The notes: generated by a model from the letters alone, not told the origin. A stretch of 64,000 bases of DNA from Mobula birostris (GCF_030028105.1 NC_092382.1:91828295-91892294); one strand, 5' to 3'. Shown: positions 1 to 13,484, numbered from the stretch's first letter. Numbers and translations: made by a program.

Positions 1-1080
1 CATTAAGGTCGTCAGGAAGAGAAGTGCCACAGTTATTGATATTCCCAGCCTTTTTGTTGCACCCAGTGATCTCATTTAGACCCTGCCATAGTCTACTGGA
101 ATCCCTTTGGTTAGCCTGGGCTTCCAACTTGACTCTATATTGCTTCTTGGCCCCCTTAATGGCTTTCCGGAGTTCACCCCTGGATTCCGTGTAGCGACTG
201 GTATCTCCAGACCTAAAAGCCGCAGCTGTAGCCTTTAAAAGGGGCTTGACCTCATAATTCATCCAAGGTTTCCGGTTAGGGAATACCCGGATCGTCTTGC
301 GAGATACACAGTCCTTCGTGCATTTCCAAATAAAGTCTGTGACAGCTGAGGCATAATCATCGAGGTTAGCTGCCAAGTCCTTGAATACAAACCAGTCCAT
401 GATTCAAAGCAGTCATGGAGGACCTCATCCGTTTCCTCTGTCCAACGCAACACTACTTTTGACACCGTGACCTCCCGCTTCAGTTTCTGTTTGTAAGCCG
501 GGAGGAGGAGTACAGCCTGATGGTTCGATTTTCCGAAGTGAGGTCGTGGGACAGAATGGTAGGCATCCTTGACTGCTGTGTAGCAGTGGTCAAATATATT
601 CGGGGCAGGAGACATGTTGGTATAACTTTGGCAGCGCCTTTCCGAGGTTGGCCTGGTTAAAGTCCCCGGCTGTAATGAGCAAAGCCTCCAGATACCTGGT
701 CTCAAGTTCACTGATGTTGGCATACAGTATGTTCAGAGTACACTCCACTTCTGCCTGGGGGGGTGGAATGTAGACCGCTGTCAGTATGACCGAGGTGAAT
801 TCCCATGGCAGATAGAAGGGACAACAGTTCACCGACAGGTGTTCCAGGTCCGGGCTGCAGGAGTTTGTCAGTGCCTCTGTGTCTGCGCACCACGCAGTGT
901 TGATCAGTACGCAGACACCACCTCCCCTCGTCTTGCCCGAAGACGTCGTGCGGTCCATCGGATGGATTGAAAATCCCTCCGGTCAGATGGCACAGTCCGG
1001 GGTGACAGGGGAGAGCCAGGTCTTGGTGAAGCAGAATACACAACAGTTCTGCATCTCCCTGCAGTAGGTGTGTCTCCCTT
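1..1080 (-). mobile_element. Degraded Rex1/Babar-clade non-LTR retrotransposon, endonuclease region
   Basis: Frameshifted minus ORFs give GKTRGGGVCVLIN..WC, PFYLPWEFTSVILTAVYIPP, AGDFNQANL and HCYTAVKDAYHSVPRPHFGKSNH, motifs typical of the Rex1 AP-endonuclease. Confidence 0.8.
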
Positions 1081-1169
1081 TAAGATCATTAGGGACTAAT
1101 ACACATTTTTTTCATACTGTCGTAGCATTAGCAGTGTTCTGATTTGTCCGTATTTCATTTAAATACTCA

Positions 1170-1303
1170 ATTGTTAATCAGTTAAACAATAGTTTGTCTT
1201 TTTTAAACCTTATCCATGAAATTTCAGCTAACTGGGGCAGCCAATTAATTGGGCCAAAGTGAATTTGGGCCCAATGTGTCCCAATTAACCAGACCCGACT
1301 GTA
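1170..1303. mobile_element. Tc1/mariner- or pogo-type MITE end (related copy at ~18073-18330)
   Basis: TA-CAG..GGTTAATTG terminus plus a GGGGCAGCC motif, shared with 18073-18130 in the opposite orientation. Confidence 0.4.
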
Positions 1304-1405
1304 TTTGCACAGGCAGAGCCTGATGAGGGATAATCAAAATTTCTTTGTGCATAGTAGGTCATGTCTCACCAATCTTAAAGCTTTTTGAATAGTTCCCAAG
1401 TATTT

Positions 1406-3020
1406 TGCATCAGTCTTCACGGTGGAAGACACTAACAGTATGCTGGAAGTTCAAGTGTGTCAGGCTGAAGTGAGTGAAATTGTCGTTACTAAGGAGAAGG
1501 GGCTTGGGGAACAGAAAGGTCTGAAGGTACATACATCACCTGGACCAGATTGTCTACACCCCAGTTTTCTAAAAGTGGTGGCTGAAGAGGTTGTGGAGGC
1601 AAGAGTATTGATCTTTCAAGAATAAATATATTCTGCCATGGTTCCGGAGGGCTGGAAAATTACAAATTTCATTACACTCTTCAAGAAGGAGAAATGGCGA
1701 AGAAAGGAAATTATCAGCCAGTTCGTCTGATCTCAGTGGTTGCAAGATATTGGAGTCAATTGTTCAGGATGTGGTTAATGGCTCGAAAGCTCATGATAAC
1801 ATAGTCAGCATGGTTTCCTTAAGGGAAAATCTTGCCTGACAAATTGATTGGAATTCCATGCAGAAATAATACCCAGGATCAGCAAAGGAGAATCAGTGGA
1901 TGTTGTGTACTTGGATTTACAAAAGGCCTTTGACAAGGTGCCACACATGAGGCTGCTTAACACGTTAAGGGTCCCATGGTGTTAGAGGAAAGAATATAGC
2001 ATGGATAAAGCATTGGCTTATTGGCAGGAGTGAAATAGTGGGAATGAAGGGAGCCTTTTCTGTTTGGCTGCTGGTGACCATTGGTAATCCACGGGAGTCT
2101 GTGTTGGGACCGATTCTTTTTATATCGTAAAGTATGTCAGTGATTTCAGTGACGGAGTTAATGGCTTTGTGGCCAGGTTTTCGGACAACACAACATAGGT
2201 GGGAGGGGCAGCTGGTTTTGAGGAAGCAGGGAGTTTGCAGAAGATCCGAGACAGATCAGGAGAGTGAGTAAAGAAGTGGCAGGTGGAATACAGTGTCAAG
2301 AACTGTATGATCATGCACTTAGGTAGAAGAAATAAGAGTGCAGAGTGTTTTCTAAATGGAGGGAAAATTCAAACATCAGAGACACAAAGGGACTTGGGAG
2401 TTCTTGTGCAGGATTCCCTAAAGGTTAATTTGCAGGTTCATTTGGGGGCGAGGAAGGCAAACGCGACATTAGCATTTATTCCAAGACGACTCAAATATAA
2501 AACCAAGAATGTAAGGTTGAGGCTAGATAAGGCTCTGGTGAGGCTTCACTTGGAGTATTGCGAGAGGTTTGGGCTGTTATTTAAGAAGAGGGAGAGGGCT
2601 CAAAGGGGATTCACAAAAATGATTCCAGGAGTGAAATGCTCATCACATGAAGAGCGTTTGATGGCTCTGTGCCTGTTCTGTGTGGAGTTCAGGATAATGA
2701 GGGGAGATATCAGTAAACCTCTCAAATGTGAAAGGCCTCAACAGAGTGTATGTAGAGTGGATGTTTCCTCTGGTAGGGGCCTAAGACCAGAGGACACATC
2801 CTCAGGATAGATGGACGTCCATTTAAATGGAGATATGGAGGAATTTCTTTATCCACAGTGGTGAATCTGTGGAATTCGTCTTCACATTGGGTATATTTAA
2901 GGCAGAAGATGATAGATTCTTGATGGGACAGGAAGGCAGGATATTAGACTGAGAGGCAGAATAGACCCAATGGGCCAAATGGCCTAATTCTGCCCCGATA
3001 TCTAATGGTCCAAGATTATG
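1406..3020 (+). mobile_element. 5'-truncated, degraded CR1 LINE (RT region and 3' end)
   Basis: SPGPDCLHP, YLDLQKAFDKVPH-type region, QRDLGVLV..SLKV and KALVRLHLEYC; ends with the CR1 3' motif GGCCTAATTCTGC. Confidence 0.9.
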
Positions 3021-3395
3021 TCTGGAAGGCCCTGTGACATGTAAACTAGATGACACTTGGTCGCTAGATGATCCAGGTTGGGTGAGTAGGAGTGGGATAG
3101 AGCCGCCATGTTTGACCACCATGAGGAATTAATCATAAAACACACTCCACCTTTTCAAATGCCATAACAGCATGTCATATCCTGTATTGTCCATGGGTAT
3201 AGCTGTGGGGTTCAGGTGCAGCAGTCTAAAACGAGACTCTTGGATGATTACCATTGGAGCTACTTACAGGAGTCACCTTCTTAATGGAGCCCCGAAACAT
3301 GATGCTTTCACCACATGTGTAAAGAAATAAAAGGCATTGGATGCATTATACTGGTAAACACTATTTTTATTATGAATATAGATTGTTTTATTTAC

Positions 3396-4053
3396 ATAGA
3401 AATATAGAAACATAGAAAATAGGTTCAGGAGTAGGCCATTCAGCCCTTTGAGCCTGCACCGCCATTTATTATGATCATGGCTCATCATCCAACTCAGAAC
3501 ACCGCCCCAGCCTTCCCTCCATACCCCCTGATCCCCATAGCCACAAGGGCCATATCTAACTCCCTCTTAAATATAGCCAATGAACTGGCCTCAACTGTTT
3601 CCTGTGGCAAAGAATTCCACAGATTCACCACTCTCTGTGTGAAGAAGTTTTTCCTAATCTCAGTCCTAAAAGGCTTCCTCTTTATCCTCAAACTGTGGCC
3701 CCTCGTTCTGGACTTCCCCAACATCGAGAACAATCTTCCTGCATCTAGCCTGTCCAATCCCTTTAGGATTTTATACGTTTCAATCAGATCCCCCCTCAAT
3801 CTTCTAAATTCCAATGAGTACAAACCCAGTTCATCCAGTCTTTCTTCATATGAAAGTCTTGCCATCCCAGGAATCAATCTGGTGAACATTCTTTGTACTC
3901 CCTCTATGGCAAGGATGTCTTTCCTCAGATTAGGGGACCAAAACTGCACACAATACTCCAGGTGTGGTCTCACCAAGGCCTTGTACAACTGCAGTAGTAC
4001 CTCCCTGCTCCTGTATTCGAATCCTCTCACTATAAATGCCAGCATACTATTTG
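3396..4053 (-). mobile_element. CR1 LINE 3' fragment
   Basis: 189-aa ORF with LYKALVRPHLEYCVQFWSP...FFTQRVVNLWNSLP; short tandem-repeat tail at 3396-3420. Confidence 0.93.
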
Positions 4054-4119
4054 CAATCAACACACATCAAAGTTGCTGGTGAACGCAGCAGGCCAAGCAG
4101 CATCTGTAGGAAGAGGTGC

Positions 4120-4155
4120 AGTCGCCGTTTCAGGCCGAGACCCTTCGTCAGGACT
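4120..4155 (-). ncRNA. Second hammerhead copy, cleavage triplet mutated to GGC
   Basis: Reverse strand reads AGTCCTGACGAAGGGTCTCGGCCTGAAACGGCGACT. Confidence 0.65.
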
Positions 4156-4929
4156 AACTGAAGGAAGAGTGAATAAGGGATTTGAAAGTTGGAGGGGGAG
4201 GGAGAGATCCAAAATGATAGGAGAAGACAGGAGGGGGAGGGATAGAGCCAAGAGCTGGACAGGTGATAGGCAAAAGGGGATACGAGAGGATCATGGGACA
4301 GGAGGTCTGGGAAGAAAGACAAGGGGGGGGGGGACCCAGAGGTTGGGCAAGAGGTATATTCAGAGGGACAGAGGGAGAAAAAGGAGAGTGAGAGAAAGAA
4401 TGTGTGCATAAAAATGAGTATCAGATGGGGTACGAGGGGGAGGTGGGCCCTTAGCGGAAGTTAGAGAAGTCGATGTTCATGCCATCAGGTTGGAGGCTAC
4501 CCAGACAGAATATAAGGTGTTGTTCCTCCAACCTGAGTGTGGCTTCATCTTTACAGTAGAGGAGGCCGTGGATGGACATGTCAGAATGGGAATGGGATGT
4601 GGAATTAAAATGTGTGGCCACTGGGAGATCCTGCTTTCTCTGGCGGACAGAGCGTAAATGTTCAGCAAAGCGGTCTCCCAGTCTGCGTCGGGTCTCGCCA
4701 ATATATAAAAGGCCACATCGGGAGCACCGGACGCAGTATATCACCCCAGTCGACTCACAGGTGAAGTGTTGCCTCACTTGGAAGGACTGTTTGGGGCCCT
4801 GAATGGTGGTAAGGGAGGAAGTGTAAGGGCATGTGTAGCACTTGTTCCGCTTACACGGATAAGTGTATCATTTTGGATCTCCCCCTCCCCCTCCAACTTT
4901 CAAATCCCTTACTCACTCTTCCTTCAGTT

Positions 4930-4965
4930 AGTCCTGACGAAGGGTCTCGGCCTGAAACGTCGACT
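4930..4965 (+). ncRNA. Minimal type I hammerhead ribozyme motif (Penelope-type)
   Basis: AGTC-CTGACGA-AGG(GTCTCGG)CCT-GAAA-CGTC-GACT: CUGANGA/GAAA core, stem I AGTC:GACT, GUC site, palindromic ACGU in place of stem III. Confidence 0.8.
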
Positions 4966-5789
4966 GTACCTCTTCCTACAGATGCTGCTTGGCCTGCTGC
5001 GTTCACCAGCAACTTTGATGTGTGTTGCTTGAATTTCCAGCATCTGCAGAATTCCTGTTGTTTGCGTTTAAATACCATTTGCAATGCCAGCATACCATTT
5101 GAGAACGTTACTGGTATCCTCTTGGGAAACGAGACAGGACAGGTGACAGAGTGTGTGTAGGGGCACACTTTTGGTCTAGTGATCACAATTCAACTGAGAC
5201 CCTCTGTTGGTCGCTGTCTCCCATGGTGGTGCATCCTAGCTGTCTACATGATATGTGAGCCAGTCCACAACCAGGACTGTAGGATAAAGAGAGAAAGTTT
5301 TTGCCCATGTAGGAGGATCCCCTCTCCTCGAATCCAAAGCAACAGAGAAAATATAAAGTTTGGAACCAGCAGCATCTCAGGAATCTCCAGTCTGTGTAGA
5401 ACTCAACACAACATTGTCCTAGAGACTCCAGCTCCATATTATTCCTCAGGGTTTACTCCCAAAGCCATACACATGAGTGGGTATGGCCGCAAGACAGCGG
5501 AGGTTTGAGATCAGAGATATCCTTCTCCAGATAAACCACCAACAACGGATGACAAGTTCTGTCTGCCCGAAGCGACTGCTTTTAAGGCTCCAATAATCTG
5601 CCTTTGCCTCTTCTCCTGTCAGTAGAAACGGTTCCTCTGGGCATATTAGGTAAACCACACGGGGAAGCCAGGAGCTGAACTTGGTTGTCAGAGAGTATTT
5701 GATTCACACGCCATTGAGAGCATTCAATGGGTATTGGATTACTCCTACCACCTCCCCTCCCAATTCAATGACAACCTGAAGGAACCATT

Positions 5790-6740
5790 AGTTTCAAGAG
5801 AATTACGGAGAAGGAAAGGACTGCTCCTCGGACTGTGATGCTAAATTGGAGAAAGGCCAATTTTGGTGGCGTCTGAAGGGATCTGGCAGGTGTGGAATTG
5901 GGGGAAGTTGTTTTCTGGCAAAGAGATGCTTTGTAAGTGGGAGGTTTTCAAAAGTAAAATATTGAGAGCACAGAATTTGTATGTTGCACTTGGAGTAAAA
6001 GGCAAAGCTAACAGGTTTAGAGACCCAGGGTAGGAAAAGAAGGGAAGGTTAGGTTAGGATAGGATAAAATGAGGCACTTCAGGAGTATAAGAAATGCAAG
6101 AGACCCCTTAAGAGAGAAATCAGGATGGTAAAAGAGGACACGAGGTTACAGTGCTGTACAAGATGAAGGATTGCCTTAGTAGACAAGGTGAAGAAGAATC
6201 CTACATTATTTTAAGAGCAAAAGTTTTGAAAGGGACAAAAAAATTAGTCTTCTGGAAGATTAGAGTGGTATATGATGTGTGGTGCAAAAAGAGATGGGAA
6301 GAGCGTAAATTGATTTTTTTTTTCATTTGTATTTACTCAGGAGATGGACACAGAATCTATAAAAGTGAGGCAAAGCAGCAGTGAGGTCATGGATCCTATA
6401 CTGACTACCGAGGAGGAGGAGTTTGCTGACTTGAGGCAAATTAGAATGGATAATTCCCCGGGGCTTGTGCGAGGCAAGTGGAGAAATTGCGGGTGCCCTA
6501 GTGAAAGTATTTATATCAACCTTAGTGACAGGCGAGGTACTGGAGGATTGGAGGGTATCTAATGTTGTCCTGCTGTTTCAGCAAGACTCGAAATGTAAAC
6601 CAGGAATTATCGGCCGGTGAGCCTGACAACAGCAGTGGGAGGTTATTGGAAGGTATTCTAAGGGACTGATATATGAGTCGGACAGGTACATGGATTGGAA
6701 AGGTTCAGTGAGATACGTCCAAATTCAGGAAGATGGGACT
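5790..6740 (+). mobile_element. Highly degraded CR1 ORF2 fragment
   Basis: LNWRKANF-like sequence, [23 protein letters not shown]-like sequence. Confidence 0.75.
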
Positions 6741-9153
6741 GGCTCATGAGGATCCATCCTACCCCTTTTCCCCTCCACATCCATTAACACACTACCTCAG
6801 GGATATTTAAACCATCTGACAAAATTCACTCAAAGATGATGATGTCTTCCATTGGCTCATCTCCATCATCATCACGGATTGGCTGCTACCCAATAACCAC
6901 GCTGAGGATCCCCACAGGGTGACCTCATTGGCTTCACATCATTGGTCTCCAGCCCAACAGCTTCGTAAGGCAACACCAATAACCTCGTCACGATTCCCAG
7001 GCAACAGCCCCCACTGGCCCATCGATTGACACCAGGATGTCATCTCTCACAGGCTCGATGCCGGTATGCAAGTCCACATCAGGGGCAAAGGTCTCCGTGA
7101 GTCAGTTCATTGATCACAAGACCAGTGAGGCTTTGCTCAAATTTCATAACCGTTCGTCAGACAATAGCCGGATTCCTGCTCCCCCAAGCACAGGAAAGGG
7201 TTGGAGAAATTGTATGGAAACTCCACAAACGAGCTGGCCGGGAAGGGGTGTCCCAGATAAAAAGATAAACCAGAGAGCCTAGGGACAGAAGAGACGTCGA
7301 TAGTGGAATGATTAGACTGCATCACATTTTGACTGGAATAGATGGGGCGGACTGCAGGAAGATTTCCACCATAAATGTGGTGATTAAAACGAGGACATTT
7401 TCGGATAATTAGTAAGAAAATGATGGGATTTGAGGGGCAGTGAAACTGGTGAGTACCTGCAGGAAAAGTCCCGAGAGACTCTACAGGCTAAGCGCTGGAC
7501 AATGGAATTAACAGGGACGCAAGCCGAATGGCCGGCAGTGACGAGCGAGACAGAATATCGCGGGACTGCGCGACTGTGAATATGGAAAGATTATTGATCA
7601 GGTTCCAGTCAATGTGATCAATGAGAATGGGTCCTCGACTTTCCGCGTTAACGCGCTTGCCCAAAGATCCGCTTCTCTGCTCTACGACTCATTGAGCATG
7701 ACCAGAAACCGAGTGTGAAGTGGTGTTATTACGGATTAGATCCGGTGTTTGGAGACTAGACTGCAAGGGATGGAAGAGACTGTTCGTTCCGCTGTCACTA
7801 AACGGTTCTGGAAATTATGGCCCGAGATTCTGACTCGGCCGGTGGTGTCTGGGAGACGGGCCGTTTAATTCACAGGCGTGTGGACGGAAAGAGGAAAGAC
7901 ATACAATTAATACGAAGGACTGATGGAGAACAGTCACTCTAATGCGACGCACAAGCTGGGCTAACCGGGGAGTGGCATTTGTTGCAGGAATACGGGAAAT
8001 GGAGGGGTCTCCACTGCACTGAGACACTAAGAACAGAGGTGAGGGCAGTGGAGTAAACGGCGATAATGAAATGAAGTGTTTGGCGTGGAAGATGGCTTTA
8101 AGATGAATGAATCCGTGTCCTTATACCCGATGTAGATTAACTCCCTATTCCCAAGAATGGAGTGTGGATGTCAAGGACGTTGAGGAATATCAGAGGGACA
8201 TTATGTAAAGCTGCCGGAAAGTCGATCACCACAAAACTAATTCGTTTTCGGGATTATTCGATGTTTAATCGTTCGACTGTTACGACACCTGTAGCATCAT
8301 CCCGGAGCTTCGTCTGGTTACGCTACAGATTTCCCAGTAGAGGTGCCACAGTTATGTTAGTTGGGAAATTCAGACATCACTGGGATCCCTGAGCTCTTGC
8401 TCTATAATGCATAAAATGTATTGGACTGTCCTTAATTCTACCAGTCAGTGACATTTCGTAGCCGTGATTCCTCTCCTGTTTTGAACACCCTCTCCCTCTT
8501 CAAGGTTCCACACACCATAACTAATCTGTGCCTCCATTTATCCGTCATCGAGCCCGCAATATCTCATTACTTGAGGGTCTCTGCGATCTGGTTGATAATA
8601 TTCACCCTGAGGGAAACACGTTGTCTCTGCACTCTCACAATTTCACTTCCAAAGGAGTCTCACAACGGAAATGCAACTTCTTATTAAGCTCCCAGTCAAC
8701 CTTCCACGGGTGTTGTGGAATGATATTTAAATCAGACGGTCCAATTCAAACACATTTACCACAACTGCTTTGAAACTTCGTGGGTTATGGTTATTATCTG
8801 CAGAAGGATCGCCCATTGATACTTTTATCTATGAACTCCCATGAATAAGTCTTGCCCTATTGGACTGTATCCTTACTAACGGGCAATATTTTTTTGTGAT
8901 TGGGCTACAAAAATTCTACTCCGCTTGTTCTTTCATTGAATGAATGCAGAGCACTGTGGACGTAGGATAATAAGGTAAACTTTGGCGTATTTTCTAGTGT
9001 TCAGTTATGTCTCTTCCGCAACAAAGTCTTCGGTTGTCGATGCATGCATCTGAAAAGATTGACAAGTCATCGTCATAAAGAGAAAATTTACAACTGTTTC
9101 AGCCACACTGTCCATCAGTCATTTTGCAGGAATTCTGCGTCCATCATCTTTTA

Positions 9154-11092
9154 ATTCACTTTAGGAAGCAAGGATCAGATGGATCTATTGAGGAATATAG
9201 GGTAGCAAGAAAGGAGCTACAGAAGGAGCTGAGAAGAGCAAGAAGGGGGCATGAGAAGGCCATGGCGTGTAGGGTAAAGGAAAACCCCAAGGCATTCTTC
9301 AATTATGTGAAAAACAAAAGGATGACAGGAGTGAAGGTAGGACCGATTAGAGATAAAGGTGGGAAGATGTGCCTGGAGGCTGTGGAAGTGAGCGAGGTCC
9401 TCAATGAATACTTCTCTTCTGTTTGCACCAATGTGAGGGAACTTGATGACGGTGAGGACAATATGAGTGAAGTTGACGTTATGGAGCATGTTGATATTAA
9501 GGGAGAGGAGGTGTTGGAGTTGTTAAAATGCATTAGGACGGAGAAGTACTCGAGGCCTGATGGAATATTCCCCAGGCTGCTTCACGAGGCGTGGGATGAG
9601 ATGGCTGAGCCTCTGGCTGGGATCTTTATGGCCTCGGTGTCCACGGGAATGTTACCGGAGGATTAGAGAGAGGCAAAAGTTGTCCCCTTATTCAGAAAAG
9701 GTAGTAGCGATAGTCAGGGTAATTATAGACCAGTGAGCCTTACGTCTGTGGTGGGAAAGCTGTTGGAAAAGATTCTTAGAAATAGGATCTATGGGCAGTT
9801 AGAGAATCATGGTCTCATCAGGGACAGTCAGCATGGGTTTGTGAAGGACAGATCGTCTCTAACAAGCCTGACAGAGTTCTTTGAGGAGGTGACCAGGCAT
9901 ATAGATGAGGGTAGTGCAGTGGATGTGATCTATATGGATTTTAGTAAGGCATTTGACAAGGCTCCACATGGTAGGCTTATTCAGAAAGTCAAAAGGTATG
10001 GGATCCAGGAAAGTTTGGCCAGGTTGATTCAGAATTGGATTGCTTGCAGAAGGCAGAGGGTCGTGGTGGAGGGTGTACATTCGGATTGGAAGGTTGTGAC
10101 AAGTGGTGTCTCACAAGGATCGGTTCTAGGAGCTCTACTTTTCGTGATTTTTATTAACGACCTGGATGTGGGGGTAGAAGGTTGGGTTGACAAGTTTGCA
10201 GGCGACACAAAAGGTTGGTGGTGTTGTAGATAGTGTAGAGGATTATCGAAGAATGCAGAGAGACATTGATAGGATGCAGAAGAGGGCTGAAAAGTGGCAG
10301 ATGGAGTTCAACCCGGAGAAGTGTGAGGTGGTGCACTTTGGAAGGACAAACTCCAAGGCAGAGTACAAAGTAAATGGCAGGATACTTGGTAGTGTGGAGG
10401 AGCAGAGGGATCTGGGAGTACATGTCTACAGATCCCTGAAAGTTGCCTCACAGGTAGATAGGGTAATTAAGAAAGCTTATGGGGTGTTAGCTTTCATAAG
10501 TCGAGGGAAAGAGTTTAATAGTCGCGGGGTAATGATGCAGCTCTATAAAACTCTGGTTAGGCCACACTTAGAGTACAGTGTCCATTTCTGGTCGTCTCAC
10601 TATTGGAAGGATGTGGAAGCATTAGAAAGGGTACAGAGGAGATTTACCAGGATGCTGCCTGGTTTAGAGAATATGGATTATGATCAGAGATTAAGGGAGC
10701 TAGGGCTTTACTCTTTGGGGAGAAGGAGGATGAGAGGAGTCATGATAGAGGTATACAAGATTTTAAAAAGGAATAGATAGAGTGGATAGCCAGCACCTCT
10801 TCCCCGGGGTACCACTGCTCAATACAAGAGGACGTTGCTTTAAGGTAAGGGGTGGAAAGTTCAAGGGGGATATTAGAGGAAGGTGTTTTACTCAGAGAGT
10901 GGTTGGTGCGTGGAATGCACTGCCTGAGTCAGTGGTGGAGGCAGATGCACTGGTGAAATTTAAGAGACTACCAGACAGGTATATGGAGGAATTTAAGGTG
11001 GGGGGTTATATGGGAGGCAGGGTTTGAGGGTCAGCACAACATTGTGGGCCGAAGAGCCTGTACTGTGCTGTACTATTCTATGTTCTATGTTC
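9154..11092 (+). mobile_element. 5'-truncated CR1 LINE (RT and 3' end)
   Basis: [59 protein letters not shown]; (TTCTATG)n tail. Confidence 0.95.
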
Positions 11093-11659
11093 TACTTTCT
11101 AATGGAAATAAAGGCCTAATTTCTATTGAACCGTCGAGACGCGTATTGGGAATCTTGCAGGAAAGTGGAATATCCGAGGATCCCACTCCACCTCCGTTCA
11201 CATGGGGAATTTTGGAACTCGACACACAAACACCACCAGACAGCAGAATTCAACAGGGATCTTAGGCGCTGTAAGATAGTGGCTCTCTTACCGCGCGGTT
11301 ATGTTCCCACTTTGATGTAGAGCATACTATAAATATTTTTTATTCAAAACCTTGTCTCCATAAATTTGCTTCAAGTAACTTGTTTGTTACTAAACGCTGT
11401 ATAAACCATAGATTTTAAAACTCGCGGGTCTTCTAGTGCTCGGCGATTTCAGGATCATCTTTGCTAACTTATAGGAAGCAGCGTCACTCGGCTGTTTGGA
11501 TACAGAATTGCCTTTCCTATTGAAGACAGAGTGTAGTGGTCGTTAGATCTTACTCTGACTCAAACTTTACCTGGCGGTGTCCCTCAGGGACCCGGGTTGG
11601 TACCTCTATACATACTGCATGGGGCTTGGCTGAAACTTGGTAGAGTGTGTTTGTGATGT

Positions 11660-12450
11660 TGGTAATGACGCAAAGATTGTTGCCTTAATGGATAGCGTAG
11701 TGCTTTGCCGAATAACAGAGCACTGTCTATCTGATGTAGATATGGGCAAATGGAAGTTAATTCGGGCAAGTGTGAGGTGTTGTGCATTGGGAGGTCTGGA
11801 GTAAAGGGGAGGGACACAGTTAATGAATTTGCGATTAACAGCGTCGCTGCACAGAGGGACAATGGAACCATATCTCCATAAAAGGTAGTTTGGGCAGTAA
11901 GGAAGACAGCTCGATAAATCGCTGGTTCAGCCGCAATTGAAGCACAGTGCAGAATTCTTCTTCCCCCATTATGTGTTGTGGAGGCGCTGGGTGGGTGCCG
12001 AACGGGTTCAACAGAATGCTACCTGGATTAGAGGATAAGGGATTTAAAGAGAGGTTGTGCAAACTTGGTTTGTTTCCTCTACAGTTTTGGAGACTAAGGG
12101 AGAGACCTGTAAATCTTTTATAGAATTACGAGAGGCATCGATTGAAAACCGGCATCTTTTCCCCATGGCGGAAATGTCTAAGGCGAAAGCAAACGGTTTT
12201 AATGCTAAAATGGAGATGTACGGGTCGGGTGTTTCTACACGGAGAGTGGTGGGTGTCTGGACGCTCTGTAGCGGAGTAAATACGATACAGACGCTTGGAA
12301 TGCCGATAGATATGCAAATGAAGACGGTGGTTTCGACCAATGACAGGACAGAAGGGATCAGGCGTCATTAGCTTCGTCAGTTGGGCGGATCACGGTGAAC
12401 GAAGAGCTCCTTTGCTCTACCGTTTGATGTTCCATGAGCTACATTATCAC
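11660..12450 (+). mobile_element. Old degraded CR1 fragment, downstream of the Siglec-like stop codon
   Basis: Residual CR1 motifs: KCEVLCIGRS, TRRVVGVW. Confidence 0.65.
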
Positions 12451-12488
12451 CGGTGAGAAACTTCAGTCCAAAGCAGTTGCTGTACATT

Positions 12489-12578
12489 TCACTTCTGGAA
12501 CTTGATATCAGCATAGACGATCTCGTCTCTTTGAGTCGGCTGCGGGTCGCCAACACGACACGATTCCTGGGCGACGCC
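12489..12578 (-). CDS. Siglec/MAG-like receptor exon 8 (last; distal ITIM IVYADI; stop)
   Basis: Acceptor TGTTCTCTTGCAG, phase 0; encodes GVAQESCRVGDPQPTQRDEIVYADIKFQK*. Confidence 0.85.
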   Translation of the reverse strand, partial: GVAQESCRVGDPQPTQRDEIVYADIKFQK

Positions 12579-12684
12579 CTGCAAGAGAACATATTTGTAT
12601 TCCACATAAAGACAAAGCTTATATTTGGCTTGGAAGTGAAGAATGGACACAAGCGAAATCCGGATGAAAATCTTTTCAATTCTG

Positions 12685-12750
12685 GATGGGAGTTCCATTA
12701 TATTTTGATGGGAGTTCCATTATATTTTGATGGGAGTTCCATTATATTTT
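12685..12750. repeat. 22-bp tandem repeat x3
   Basis: (GATGGGAGTTCCATTATATTTT)3. Confidence 0.95.
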
Positions 12751-13405
12751 CTGAAGACAATAAGATAATTACGTTGAATTTTGGATTATCCCACCAACCA
12801 CCGCTCATTTACTCTTCACATCAGATCAGCCGTATTCCCCTCTGCTTTCTCTCCAAATCCAGACACCTTAACGTCTCTTTAGTCTGTCCACTCAAGCCAC
12901 GTTGATACATTTTTGTCACGGAGCTGCAAGTCGTTCCATTGTGACCTTTGACATTTAGGGTGGGTGTCGGGGATGGAACTCACGGGAAACCCACGATATA
13001 ACGAGAACACCGTGTAAACTTTATACCAATAGATTATGACCCCCTGATTGATGGTGGGTTACTAATTTCCCAAACGGCTGCAGAGCAGCAGCGTAATATT
13101 AAAACACTAAACCTAGTAGCTGATTCAATTCTTCTTATCAAGGCAACGAAAAAGAGAAAGCGTTTTTAGCAAATATCAAGGCAAGACCAAGCAAAAGAGC
13201 ATCGAAATGTGAAAGAAGATATTTGCCATTCCTTCAGTGTCCAGCGGCCCATCGGCTCCTCATTCCCACCAATACAGCCATCAGCACGGCCTCGCCAAGT
13301 ATCACAACACTATTTGCAACGACTCTCTTGCCTGTGAAGTATAACCGGCTGAATAAAAGCAAACTACGTTACATGAAAATGTCACTCCAGTTTGACGCTG
13401 CTTAC

Positions 13406-13484
13406 CATGAAATTTATTGAAGGCGTCACAGTACTGTAGACGATCGAAAACTCGGAAACAGCTGCAGCTTTCTGTCGTTGCTTC
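13406..13484 (-). CDS. Siglec/MAG-like receptor exon 7 (basic stop-transfer segment and proximal ITIM IVYSTV)
   Basis: GGTGCTTTAG acceptor, GTAAG donor, phase 2 to 0; encodes (R)KQRQKAAAVSEFSIVYSTVTPSINFM. Confidence 0.85.

Larger units (their letters stand above)
4055..5070 (-). mobile_element. Penelope-like element, 3' part with GIY-YIG endonuclease and an inverted pseudo-LTR copy
   Basis: ORF 4451-4777: GVIYCVRCSRCGLLYIGETRRRLGDRFAEH...HF...H...LEEQHLIF..GSLQPDGMN. 4058-4216 is inverted-repeated at ~4868-5027. AATGCCAGCATAC(T/C)ATTTG is duplicated at 4035-4053 and 5083-5101. Confidence 0.92.

Noticed and set aside
7600-9120. Unique-looking stretch with short ORFs
   Set aside because: No recognisable protein motif or consistent exon boundaries found by eye.
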